This document shows positions 12,466-26,247 of a DNA stretch of 64,000 nt, piece after piece. A model generated the notes under the pieces. The model did no database searches. It had not been told where the DNA came from and saw nothing but the letters and a program-made list of their open reading frames with translations. Position 1 is the first letter of the stretch, and each line of letters begins with the position of its first letter. This stretch comes from Bigelowiella natans CCMP2755 (lineage: Eukaryota > Protista > Cercozoa). Made by a program: the position numbers and the translations under genes. The stretch covers positions 23,856 through 87,855 of the forward strand of contig ADNK01003198.1 in assembly GCA_000320545.1 (NCBI GenBank). Direction: 5' to 3'.

Positions 12466-12936
12466 ATGCAGGGATTCGTGCGCAACAACAGCATGTTGAG
12501 GGGTGCACAGCTCTGTTGTCAAAGATCATGTGCCTCTCCTCTCTTACCATTACGCGGAGCTCTGTTTTCGCCTCAGAGACTGGGTGGGCTTTCATCCTCT
12601 GGCCCAGGTCGCTTTGCAAGACGCCTTTCGAACGACAGCAAAGGTTTCCTCTCTTGTCCAGGTAACATCTGTCACTTTGCTACAATGCAGGGAAAAATCA
12701 TCTTGGAAAAACTACTGTTAGTCGTATTAGTAGTAGGAAACGGGGAGAATCATCCATGGGCCTGGGCGGGGGGTTAAGTTATGTATACTACAAATAAGTA
12801 CACACAGGGGGGGGGGGGCATGGTTGCCTGAAGACACATTTTGCTCTGTGATAGTTTTAGTGCTGATAAAACTTTAGACATATACCAAAGCGTTAATAAT
12901 CGTTGATACAAACGATAACAACGCATAAACACAACG

Positions 12937-12967
<31 letters not shown>

Positions 12968-14125
12968 AACTACTACTAGATTTTTCCATTGTCGACACTA
13001 CCTTGCGCGAAGGAGAGCAGGTTAAACATTTATACTACGCAAGATGTTTTGTGACGCACAGTTGCTGCTATATGTTTATGGGCTGCCTGTCTGTCTGCCT
13101 GTCTTTGATCATTCACCGATCCATAAAATGTCGGTAGTAAATATTTCTTCTCCTATTCTTCATCATCTTATTTTTCCCACTACCGCTGTCATCTCTCGCC
13201 CTCTCTCTTTCTCTGTCCACTCTATGTTGATATCTGCCATTCTTCTCTCGGTGGCCTCCTCCTTACTTGCTATTATTATTATCTGTTATTTAGTTCGCAA
13301 CTGCGGAGTTCACACCTCAAGATCGAATGTATATCGCTAAGATATTAGACAGAATGGGTGAGTAGGAACGATGTCAGAATGTAGCTGGATGATGATGATG
13401 AAGAGAAATAGTTCTCTCTCACATAATGAAGAAAAACATTACATGGGATATATCGATAACGATTGCGAAGAAATGATGTTTGGCTGCTTTTCATCAGTCT
13501 TTGGATTCAAGAAAACATTCTTTTCACATCATTATTCCTCCCGCAACAGGCAATGTGATAAATAACATGATCTATCTTATAATATAGGTGTAGAGTACAT
13601 TGAAATGGTCAACCCAATGGCAGGAAAGCAGGTAAAAGCAGCAGCAGCAACAACAACAACAACAACAACATTCAACAAAAAGAGGAGAGGAAGTGTACAA
13701 GTGAATAGATAAGAACAACAGGAGGGCCTGCACCGAACATATGCACACTATAGAGAAAATTGATGTTGTTAGTAATCATACAACTCAGAAGGAGAACTTG
13801 CTGCTCAATCCTGCAGTTTTCACTCCTCTCGTTGTCATTTCCTATGCCGTATCTCTGAGCCACCATCAACCCCCTCCCCCCTGCCAATGATATAGGCAAT
13901 CGAAGATTGTGAGAACGTAGCAAAATTAGGCTTGAAGGTAAACCTTCTCGTCCTCCTCCTCCCCCGCCTCCTCCCCCTCCTTGGAACTATCATCTTCCTA
14001 TTTGTTGTTAAAAGTAAAATCGTAAAATAAGCGAACTACTCTGCTGCTGTTAATGAATGAATGGTGGCACAGGCAAAGATACTGGTGCACACACGTTGCC
14101 ATATGTCTGACGTCAAAGCAGCGGT

Positions 14126-14162
<37 letters not shown>

Positions 14163-14176
14163 CAACACACAACAGC

Positions 14177-14209
<33 letters not shown>

Positions 14210-16267
14210 TGCTGCTGATACTACTACTATAATAACTTTACTATCACGGCAACAATGATGGGAAAGAAAAAACAATTAAAAGATGATAGCAATACTAAGA
14301 GGATACTAAAAGTAGTAGATGAATGAACCAGTACCTCCTCTCCTCATCACGTAGTAGTACATGAATGATCCGGTACCTCCTCTCCTTATCACATTGTAGA
14401 AAGATATTTCTTACTTTATTTGCAAATATTATGTTTTTTATTAGGTCAACACGGGTATTGACGGTATTAACATGTATATGGCTACTTCAAAAGTACTTTC
14501 GCAGCATTCTCACGGAAAGGTGCGAATTGTGAGTAAGTCAATGAGTCAGTGAGTCAGTCAGTGAAGGATCATCTGGTCAACAATAGCAAGAGCTACAACA
14601 ACAGCACCAACTACTACAATAACAACATAAAGTTGATACTCCTCTTTTGATGGCTACCTCTTGTTCTCGTCCTTGTTGTTTCATTGATAGGGAATTGACG
14701 TGATCATTCAAACCGCTGAGGAAGTTATAAGCTATGTTAAGTCGCATGGATTGGAGGTTGGTAGTAGTAGTTGTAGTAGTAGTAGTAGTGGTAGTAAGCA
14801 TAAGAGCGGGGGCGGAGCATAACATTTCGTTTACGATTATAATTATTTTCGATTGGTACACTCGTGCAGCAATCATATGTTTAATATAGCATAAATATTT
14901 AATATTTCAAAGATCATAATCTTTTACTCTTTTTGTCTTTTCTCATTCTCCTCCTCATCCCCACCCCTCACATACTACTACTGCTGCTTCATCGCAGGTT
15001 CGATTTTCATGTGAGGACTCTTTCAGATCTGATATGACTGATATAATGGCGATTTACAAAGCTATGGATGAGCTTGGTTAATAGTAGCAGTAGAAGTAGT
15101 AGTAGTAGTAGTTGTTGTTGTTGTTGTTTTAATTGTAATTATAGCTGTATTTGTAGTTAGGTCGCAGATGCATTATAGGGGGGGGGGGGGGCAATTGTAG
15201 ATTGATAGATAGTAAGATAGATCGTATTAGAAGTAGTAGTTGTAGATTGATAGATAGTAAGATAGATCGTATTAGTAGTAGTATTAGTAGTAGTAGTAGT
15301 AGTAAACATGATGAATAAGACTACTACGACTACTACTACTACTACTACTACTACCAGGAGTGGACAGGGTGGGGGTTGCAGATACTGTTGGAATCGCCAC
15401 TCCCAACCAGGTGTTGTAATATTATTATTATTATTATTATTATTGAATATAGGAGGCAATAAGAAAATAGGTATATCTGGTAGAAAATGGCTATTATTAT
15501 TCGTGGTTGATTCATCCATTCTCTTCGTTGGTTGTTATGGTTATGATGCTTATTATTTTGATAATTATTAGGTCCGCCATGTGATACAATCGGTTCGTTC
15601 TGCCATCAAACCCACCACGGTAAGAGTCAATCATCATCATAGGAATCATAATAAGAAGAACAACAAGAATGATAATAATAACAAGAAGAATCCTTTAGAC
15701 CCACCACCAAAGCAGTAATACTAATCATAATAACAAGTCTTGAAGGAGAGGAGGAGGAGGAGGAGGAGGAGGAGGGGGAGCAGAGATCACTCATAAAAAT
15801 AATAAAACCGAAATTGAATGGAAATAAACACTCATCTCTTCATTATTCCAATTATTCATTTGCCTCATCATCACCACCATCATCTTATTACAACTATTAA
15901 AATTTGTCCTTCTTTCACTTTGTGCTACTACTACAACAACTACTGCTACAGGGAATTGAGTTCCATACCCATAACGATACGGGTTGCTGTATCGCTAATG
16001 TAATAAGATAATAATAGATAAACCATATTTACAACAACAAACAACTATATAATTGATTACCATACCAACATGAGGAAGATGCAAATAACGGCATCATCTT
16101 TATCATTTTCTTTGTTTCTAATGAAAGAATTTGAGGTGTTAGTTATGTGTTAGAAAGAATAAGATGGGTGGTTAATCATATTATTGATGTTGTGTTGCGC
16201 CTTACTGTGCTTGTTTGTTGATGAGGGCTATGGTGCTTGTGTCAAATTAAAAGATATTAAATAAATA

Positions 16268-16309
<42 letters not shown>

Positions 16310-16377
16310 TCACAAACGAGCAAATATAGTAGACTACTCGTTGGTTCTGTTGATAAATGTCGTATTTTCATTCTATG

Positions 16378-16416
<39 letters not shown>

Positions 16417-16675
16417 TAGTAGAGAAGAATATAAGAAAGGGTTGTTCGGTTGTTGTAATTGTTGGTGATGATCAGGCGTTAGAAGCTCTTGAATCAGGGG
16501 CAACACACATAGATACATGTGTTCTTGGTACATTGTAGGACAAACAACAACAACAACAACAACAACAACTACAACTATTATTACAACATATTTAGCTCCC
16601 CCCTAGTTATACGCCGTACATACACAGCAAATAGCAAAGAATGTGTCATTAAATGAGCAGAGTTATGTTGGTGTG

Positions 16676-16709
<34 letters not shown>

Positions 16710-16711
16710 CA

Positions 16712-16746
<35 letters not shown>

Positions 16747-17203
16747 CTGATAGTGAGTTTGAGCAGTCGGAAGTTTGATTCACCACAACCCAATAATAGT
16801 TTATTATAATCGTCATCATCGTCATCATCGTCGGTTTATTTGTTTCTGATATGCTACAGGCATTGGTGAGCGTAACGGTATCACACCTCTTGGAGGCTTT
16901 TTGGCACGCATGTAAGTAGTAGTAGCAGTAGTGGAAAAGAAGAGGAAAATGAAGATGAAGATGATGATGATGATGATGATGAAAATCAAACGCCCCATCA
17001 CTGAAGATCTTTTCTTGTATGTATACCAATTTATGTAAGAGTTAATATTTATAAGGATAATGCTCAAAATTGTTCTTGCTTATCTTGTATACTACGGTAT
17101 TCCTCCTCCTCCTCCTCCTCCTCCTCCTCCTCAGGTACACGTGTGATAAGGAAATCGTCAAAAAGAAATATGACTTGGAATTATTGCGTCATTTGGAGAA
17201 GTA

Positions 17204-17241
<38 letters not shown>

Positions 17242-17648
17242 ATGCAAAAGAAGATAAGAAGTAGCAGCACTCACACACTCAATACGATAATTGTTGTATA
17301 TTGATTAGGTATGTCGCGCAACGAGCTCATATTGCAATTCCATTCAATAATTACATCACTGGATCTTGTGCCTTCACGCACAAAGCAGGGGTATTGGTTT
17401 GATTATTATCATCATCAACAACAACCATACCATGATGATAATTATGATAATAATGACAATGATGATTAATATGAGAATGATCATAACATATTGTTGCTGT
17501 TAAGATCTATCTATTGCAGTTTGTGATGATTTTCCTTCTTCTTCTTCTTCTTCTTCTTCTTCTTCTTTTTCATGAAACTACAAAAAAGGTTCATTCAAAA
17601 GCAGTGATGCAAAATCCAGCAGCGTAATTATTGTTTTCAAACATGTCG

Positions 17649-17694
<46 letters not shown>

Positions 17695-17864
17695 CTCTAC
17701 AACCAACACATATGAACAACATGATGAATGGAACAATCAGTCATCATCACGATTAGTAGAGCCTCGTCACTTCTATTTACTCCTACTAATGCTACGACAA
17801 CAACAACTACTACTACAACAACGACATCCTCTTAGTGATTACAAAAAGAGGTTATGCTAATGAG

Positions 17865-17897
<33 letters not shown>

Positions 17898-19088
17898 AAT
17901 GTGATGTTTGTTTGTCGTTATATATATATCATCAAATCTTAAGATACGAGGTGTTAGACCCTGCTGATTTTGGAGTTGAGAGGAGGTAGGTGGTAGTAGT
18001 AGTAGTAGCGGTATCAATGGTAGTAGTAATCGCCCCCCTCCCCCCTCTATCTCTCTATTCAACTAATATACATTGACGATTGACGATTCTTTTCTCCCTA
18101 GCAGCAGCTATTAGCACCTCTTGTCCTCCTTCTCCTTCTCATGCCCTCATCCTTTTCTTCCTCTAATTGTTTAGAATTGAGCTCGCACATAGGCTAACGG
18201 GATGGAATGCAATGAAGCAAAGATGTCAAGGTGTTGCTTCTACTAATTAAAACTACTACCTAATAAAGAGCTATTCCTATTCTTTCAATATGTCCTCATT
18301 TAAAGCTCTATTTCTTGAAATATCAGATCTAGGGGTTCAAATATCAGATGATCAGCTTAAAGTCGCTACGGTAGTAATATCAACAAGAACAAGAACAAGA
18401 AGGAAGAGACCATCAATTGATATCAATAAATTGTCTAATACTCTTTGCATATCTCAGTGAACATCAATTATTATTAATCATTACAACCAACCAGGTTATG
18501 ATTAAGGACCTTTCAGATGAACGTACAATAGGATTGGAAGAATTAGATAAAATTCTCATTTCTCTTTGTCAAAAGGTAGGTATGCGTGCATGCATGTATG
18601 CATGTGTGTATTGTCGTTTGTGTAATGAGGAGGATAAAGATACGTACATAACTGCTTTATTAATTAGTGATGATGATTATATGTTGGTACTACTACTACT
18701 ACTACTATTTTACCATACATATTAATATTATCTATTATTTTGCCATCTGCAATGTGCCTGCAAATGGCCAACAATACCACCAATAAGTAGTAGTCTAGTA
18801 CTAATACTCTGGTGGTCATCATATTATTATACATATTATAATGTTCCTGTTTGATATGATGCTGCTGCTGCTGCTGCTGCTGCTGCATATTTGCACAGAG
18901 TGAACCTGAAACTGCTTTCATCACCTGGGGAGGAGCATCCGAGGTGGTGGTGGTGGTGATCGATAAGAAGAATAGAAAGGGGGGGGGGGGGAGGCTTGAA
19001 TGATTTCCAATACTATCGTCATAGTGTCGTTGATATTGTTATAATTAGGTGTTGTAAGTAGTTCTTTACAGTAGTTGTAGTGATGATT

Positions 19089-19147
<59 letters not shown>

Positions 19148-20395
19148 TAATATTGTGATGCAGTATTCGTGTAATTAAATTATCGCTGATAATCCATCAC
19201 CTAATGGCTGCTGTGACATCGTTTGAAGAAAGACTAATTAAGTTCCTACTACTACTATGATAATAGAGTAACAGCGATGGTCACGAACACAAAGCAGAAT
19301 TCTATAGGTATCTTAGAATAATACACACATATGCAGAGTTCGTTCGATAGCCATCTTAGATTAATACACACCACACATATGCTGCTCGTATGTACGTATG
19401 TGCGTGTGTGTGTGTGTGTGTGGTTATGAGCTTCCTCTTCAGCAGCATCATCAGCATCTATCTAAGTAGCAAGCATCAATCTTGATAGGAGGAAAACACT
19501 CTCTGCTATTGAATCTCTTGACAATCCTGAAGAAGATGACTCTCCCTTCGCTACCTATTGTTTCTCTGGACATCTTTTTGATAAAGCGGTAATAATGATA
19601 AGTAAGTAGTGATACACAGTGGATTATCATCATGATATAACAACACCATCCAATTCCCCCCCCCCCCTCCCACCCCTCTCTCTCTCTCTCCTTCCTCTCC
19701 ATCTTTATTACCGCATACAACTAGATTTTTCAATGATTTTGCGTATAAAGAAGCATATTAATCGTTACTCCGATGTTGCTACTTGCTACTGTTTTGTTGT
19801 CGATTCTGTTCTCGTCATTGTTAGATTCTTAACCGCATTTTGGATCTTGCAGTTGATAGGTACTATATCGATTCTGAGAGAAATAGTAGTAGCAATACGA
19901 GTAGGAGGAGGAAGTGGGAGATGGGTTGAATACTAATAAATGTTAAAAAGAATGTTGTTCCCCATAATAATAAGTAATACGCATTGTCCCTCTCTCTCTT
20001 TCTCTCTCTTTCTCTCTCTTTCTCTCTCTTTCTCTCTATCACCGTATAGCCCTGTGGCCTTCAAGGTGCTAAAATTGGATGTGCCAAACGATAACTCCAA
20101 GGAATCAAGGGCTATTATTAAGGTGATGACCACCTGATTAGTAACAGTTATTTGGGGGGATGAGGGGAGGGGGGCAGAGGTTTGTTGAATCAAAAGTGTA
20201 ATGCAATGGAAGTAGTAGTAAGAGTAGTAGTATAGATAGCACAAGTCGTTTAAACAAAAACTTTTCAATAAACAAGTTGTACTGATGGGGAGACTATCAT
20301 TTGTTTTCCTAATTATCACCTTCAAAAATAATTCTCTTTTATGAATCATAATATGTGAGTTTTAATCAACCGGTTGCACTGCATTATCGGTTGGA

Positions 20396-20434
<39 letters not shown>

Positions 20435-20769
20435 CAAATATATTCAAGATGATAGCTTACAGTATCTAATAAGAAATTAAGAACGCAGCAAATCTTACTT
20501 ACAACAATATTAAAATTGATTATACTCAAGGTTATTGGAGAGATAAATGATATTGAGATCTTGAGGCAAAAATACGAGAATCTGGTATTATTATTATTAT
20601 TATTCGAATAAGCATCATCCATTCAATCTGTTGCTTCTTACGTGCCAATTGCACTTATGATTTATAGTACTACGATTAAGTCTTCTTCTATCTGTTTTTT
20701 GTGTAGCTCTTGACACTTACCGGTGTGGCGGATACTGAAATGGAAGAAATAGAACGATCTGAATGGTGA
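12466..20769 (+). CDS. LYS20: Fungal-type homocitrate synthase with putative mitochondrial presequence and C-terminal LOR/SDH (Saccharop_dh_N-like) domain; more than 25 exons
   Basis: In-phase exons give DTTLREGEQ|[82 protein letters not shown]|[12 protein letters not shown] and HRLTGWNA. They continue with SGHLFDKA|ILNRILDL to a TGA at 20767-20769. Linker exons at 18.9-19.5 kb are uncertain. Confidence 0.9.
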
Positions 20770-21039
20770 TGATGATCAAGTTTCTTAATTCGAAAATAGA
20801 TCAGCATAACCAGTACTACCACAGAAAACACCACCACCACCAAAGTATGCGATACATTGCGCAACAAGTAAAGATTACTTACTCTCACAAATAAGTGCGC
20901 TTATTTGCTTCGTGTTGTCTTCATTGGTATTTCTTGAGCGTCGATCATCTCCGGTGCACTTGCTCACTCCAAACGGGTTAATTTGTGGGTAGAAAAACAA
21001 GTGCATAAGTAAGAGAGACGTAGAATGCAACAACGCATA

Positions 21040-22010
21040 TCATTGTCTGCTACTATACCTGAATGACATAGCTCTAGAGCTACATGCTGTGCTGTACATG
21101 TGCGTGCTAGCTAGCGTGCACATGTTGCTCATTGTTCTTGCCACTTGCACACACATCATGGTGAAACAATGTAGCGTTAGCTTGCGCTTTTGGGATTTGG
21201 CAATAAAATAGAAGGGTGAAACAGCAGCCAAGTATGTGCATTGCATCATCTAGTCATTGTTGCCGCGCTTCACTTGTTCAAGCAAAATAGCAGGAAGCAG
21301 CCACTTTTGATGAGTCATTTTTGCTCAGCGAAATTTGTACGTTATATAACGTACGTAGCTAGTCAGATACACGTGCACATCAATGCAAGCCAAATTTGAC
21401 GTTGCGCTACCAAATAAATGCACTAGCACACATGCAAATGCCCACATGCCCACACAGCTAGCTGGGCCACCAGCTGTCTAGCCATGGCCGGCAAGCATGT
21501 GGGAATGATGAGAACAGCGCGCATCACAGCAAATCGAAGAAAGGTCGAAATCACAGGTAGGCTTTCAGCTTTTTTAGTTTTGCTAGACGCCTTTTGGACA
21601 GATCTTGAGATCGACATGTGTGCAGCTAGAAAGCTTTGAATTGATGGCGGATCGACCCCAAGCGAGACCATCTCAGCATCTAGCCATCTGCTAGCCATGC
21701 TAGCATGCATTTCTCGACTTCCAATCTCCTCTCGCGACATCGATGATGATGCTGAAGGAAAAAATCACAATATGTGGTTTTCCATTATTGCCACACACAG
21801 AGCGAGAGAGTACCAGCATGCATGGAGCAGGCTAGCAGGTTTTGAGATGCCAATCTGACATTAGGGTTGCATGTGATGTTTACACGTACGTTGTTGCTGC
21901 GCCCATTGAAGTTATTGCAAGGTTTGACGTCATACATGCATTGTGTGGCGCTTGCTGTCCGCCGCATGCATGCACATACCTGCTCAATGCTATCGGCTGT
22001 TGTGACACAT
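21040..22010. other. Palindrome-rich, partly TpA-depleted convergent spacer
   Basis: Rich in ctag and gcatgc. In 21421-21770 all 10 TA dinucleotides are CTAG (8), GTAG or TTAG. Confidence 0.8.
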
Positions 22011-22217
22011 GATGATGATGATAATGATGATGATGATGATGCATAACTCTCTACACATTTTTCAATGTGAAAATCAGTGTAACACTTAAAATTTCATGCC
22101 ACCCACGCTTGGTCTAGACAAACAAAATCACGACACTTTGACGTTTCAACTGTAATGCTCTCCCCATAATCTTGTCTGAGATTCCGCAACGTACACTGAA
22201 CCAATTCAACTGGAACA

Positions 22218-25200
22218 TTAAAACTTGAACTTGGATTTTTTTTTCGTTTTTTGCTTTCGCTTCCTTTGTTCCTCCGCAATGACATCGCTGACGTCTTCTC
22301 GAGATTGCATCCGTTCGTCTTTTTCCTTCTGAACTTGTTCTTGATATTTGCTCTTCAAGGCTTCTGCGCTCATATTTGCCATCTCTTCTGGAGTCAAAGC
22401 AACCTCCACCTAGCATTATGATGAGATATTAACGGACAAATAATGACTACATGAGAAGGTACAATAACTATTGGTTCATGGTTAATTCCATTCAACATGT
22501 GTGAGTGAGTGAGTGAGTGTTTTGGAAAAATGAGTTATTATTTAGTTGTTACCGCTCCTTGCTTGAGTTTCTTGGCCTCTCTGGCTTTTCGTTCCAATTG
22601 TGTAGTTTCCGAACTTGCTGCAGTTGCTGCAGCTGCCGGCATGACGTAAGTATGTGAAGAAGTCAATAACGATGATCCTGAAACACCAGTCTTCTTCTCC
22701 TCCAGAACCTGGTACAACTGTTTTGGGGGTTGCACGGTGTCTGGTGTCTCAGTACCAGTTCCATCCTTCTTTCGCAGTTGAATATTTTCTGGGGTCACCA
22801 TACCGCTGGAAAGGGATGAAACAGACTCGATACCTAGAGATAATGTTAAATAATATCATAAGTTCAGAAGAAATAATGATTGAGAGTAGCAGCGTTATGA
22901 AAAGAGTCAAAAGAGTCGTGGAAATTGACTAAGCACTTCCTCCATAAAGAAAGTTGTTATCTCTTCAACCGTCATGTCTTTCCTTACATCACTAACCACA
23001 GCACATACAACCGCCAAGATGCCACTATATCAGTCTCTTGGTAACCTGATTTCATATCCGAATCGCTTGTTTCCAGCATACTGTCATCAGCGACTTCACC
23101 CATATCGTCGTCGTCATCATCTTCCTCTTCTTCGTCTTCGTCATCATCTTCCTCTTCCTCTTCATCTTCAACTGTACCCCATTGCTCCTTGAATGTTTCA
23201 TCCACTGGATACATATCAGCGTCCTTGGTTTGGGTTCCATACACATCACCGTAAAGTGGCATGTTGTATGCATCGACAGGGGCCTTTCCTACAGGTGGCA
23301 GCATAGAAAGAAAGAAGAAGAAAAACAACATAGAAAAGAAAACAAAAAATGGAAAGAAGATGAAATGCTACATGTACATTGTAATTAAAAAAGTAATGCT
23401 GATACAGAAAGAAACACCTGTTTTTTGCCTCGCTCTTACTTTTAGTTAATATGAGCCTACCTTTTATAACTACTAACTTCTATATATTATAATATTTTGA
23501 GCTACTACCCCATTGTCCTTCTCCAAACCCATACGATGCGCCTGGGGGGATAGGTGCATTCACTCCAGGAAATTTGAGGTTTGGATATGACGGAGGAGGT
23601 CCGAACCTAAGTAGGAGTAGGAGTAGTAGCAGTAGTAGTAGTAGTGATGTTGTTGCTGCTTTGAATATGATTGCAAGAGCCATAATAAGGGTCTGCAGAA
23701 ATTTCTGAAAATTTAGTTTGTGTATGACGTAGAAGTACCTTTGCATGTTGAATAACCATGGGGTGGGGTCGGTACGAGTTGTCATACCCAAAGCCTTTAG
23801 AAGTTCATCTGAATACTCTGTTGGAGCCACACTGCTGAATCTGACTTCATACTCCTGTTTTAAAATACAAATGTGTTTCTCATGAGAGGCGAACGACACA
23901 GTTTGTATTCTTCTCTGGTGGATGGATCATAAAAGAATGAATTGGTGAAAACACTAGGAATATTTGCAATGTCACAGTATTAGGGTACGGCATTGACCTT
24001 TCCCTCATAGTAAAGGTCACCATGCCCTGTGCAGTTGGGTTTGGTTTGGTGTCTGAAGAAGGCATCGTGAAGGATCTGGACCACAACAGCAAAAAAGAAG
24101 GCGAAAAAAGAAAATAGAAGCAATCAGACATCAACCAAATGGTGGGCAACTGGGGGAAAATTAAGTTCGCAACAATCTTTGGTTCGAAGAAGTCGTCTTA
24201 GTGTATTGAGCCACCAAATCATACGAATTACCCACCTGATAATCTATATCAATCTTTCCCATCTTTGGCTGCATTCGTTCTTTTTGTCTCCCCCTTAAGC
24301 CTTTGCCATCGTTTGCTGCGGAATCGAGGTTTCTTACCTCTCCAATTCCTATCAATGAACCATAAGGTGAGAACAATGGGTATTACCGCAACTTCTCTAC
24401 CTATCATTTTTACCTGTATCTGCGATGAATTGCGGCAACTCGAAGCCAGAACGCTCTAAACCTCGTTTTCCTTGAAGGTATTTTCGTTTTTGACACCTGA
24501 AACGTATCACCACATACATACATAGATACATACATACATACTTTAGAGGTAAGTAGTGCCGGTCTTGACTGCTAACCGTCTCTTCTGACAACACATGCAG
24601 CATGATTCATAAAACTGGTTCTAGTGGTTATGTGTTATGTATGAACATGCAGTAGTATAGACCACGACGCAACTATGAAGACTTTACACCCTTCACATTG
24701 CAATAATCTGACATATTCTAACTACGAATTTTGCCAGCAACGCGACGAAGTTCAACGTAACAGTAGTTACTATTTTCAGCTCAAAATGTTGCCCGTATCA
24801 TCTGATTCCTACTGACCCTATTGACATCTAAATTACCAGTGAGAGGGAACAGGTACAGTATTTCGGTAAGACTTCATATGCACCAATAACTTCGGATCAT
24901 GTGAGTTGCAGTCGTGTAGACCAACAACATCAGGTCGGGGGACTAATTGCTTCAATTCAGCAATACTCAACCTAATTACATTATCGGAGCAGGCGCTCGA
25001 ATTCTCAGTCAACTTTTCATTCTATAAATACTCAGTTACCTCCCTAGTTTCCGCCTTTGCTTTGCGGAAAGTTTTTTGTAGTTCTCTTCCTCCATTATCT
25101 CCTGCTCAGTTTTTGTTTCGTTGCTCTTCTCGCCATTTTCTTTCCCTTGCTGATTCTTTTCTTGTTTCTTGCTTTCCTAAAACCAATACAATGCAAATTA

Positions 25201-25907
25201 ATTTTAGATCCATCCCAAATCAACACCATGAAAGTACACACACACACACACACACCAACCTTCTTCATTAAGTCAGCAGGAGTACTGAATTTAGAAAGGA
25301 TTTCTTTGAACTAATTTATAAGCAAATTAAGGGATTTGGATATCAATAGAAGCAGCTTTGGGTGATAATCTATTAGTAATTAAAAACTACCTCGTTATAT
25401 TCAGGAGCTGAAGGAGTCAATTTGGCAAAGTCATCTCCAGCAACAAACTCTATTTGGCTACTACTTTTTTCACCCTAATATTTATGGTGATCAATGCTTA
25501 TTCAAAATGAAGAGGACGACAGTAAAGGACGATCATGGTGGCGATGATAATCGAGAAATCATATTGCGCTTCGAAAGCGAGTGCAAATTTTGCAAAATGT
25601 TGGCTAAAAAGACCACCTTGGTAGATTCGTCGCCTTCATTCCGTTCTCTTAATTTCCTAAGTTTCTCGATTATCTTTTTCTCCTCGTGCTTGAGCTAAAT
25701 AGGTCATCGAATATATGTTGGCGTCTATTTATTGCCACAAATCGCAACATATTACTACCTTCTTCTTCTGAGCCTTTTTCCGCGCCCTTCGTTGAGCACG
25801 TTTGCTCATTCCTATTTTGTTGATATCAATTATAAAAATTCAAGTACGCGACCATTTCTTGCCTACCGACCATTTTTCTTAATTCCGTTTGGAATTTCCT
25901 TTGCCAT
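22218..25907 (-). CDS. SF3B2: Splicing factor 3B subunit 2 (SAP145/Cus1)
   Basis: Exons give RLSIAELKQLVPRPDVV, KSYRNTVPVPSHW|CQKRKYLQGKRG, MQPKMGKIDIDYQ|ILHDAFF, GDLYYEGK|EYE, PWLFNMQR|FGPPPSYPNLKFPGVNAPIP, KQLYQVLEEK and a C-terminal REDVSDVIAE...KFKF. Confidence 0.93.
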
Positions 25908-26247
25908 GCTGTTCAATATACGCTTCCGCGCCTTCAAAATTCTTTTCTTGAAGTTACGTTGCTATGCCGAAGCTCGGTGAGGGTGGCGCTACGCAAGTCT
26001 GCCTCCACGGCCTCTCGAAAGCTGGAATCACAACGAGCAAGAATTCATTCGGATTCCTTCTCGGAACTTCCATATTTAAGTAAAATACAGGTCATTTTAT
26101 GGAATATCTGATTTTAGAAGGGATTACGGTGTTACGGCATTGGATTGAGTCCCTTTCTCGGCTCATTGCGTGACAAGCATTCACCTGCCCCTGTTACACG
26201 CGTGGTTGCCTAGTCAGTGTGAAGCTGGGAAGGACAGCAGGGGGGAG

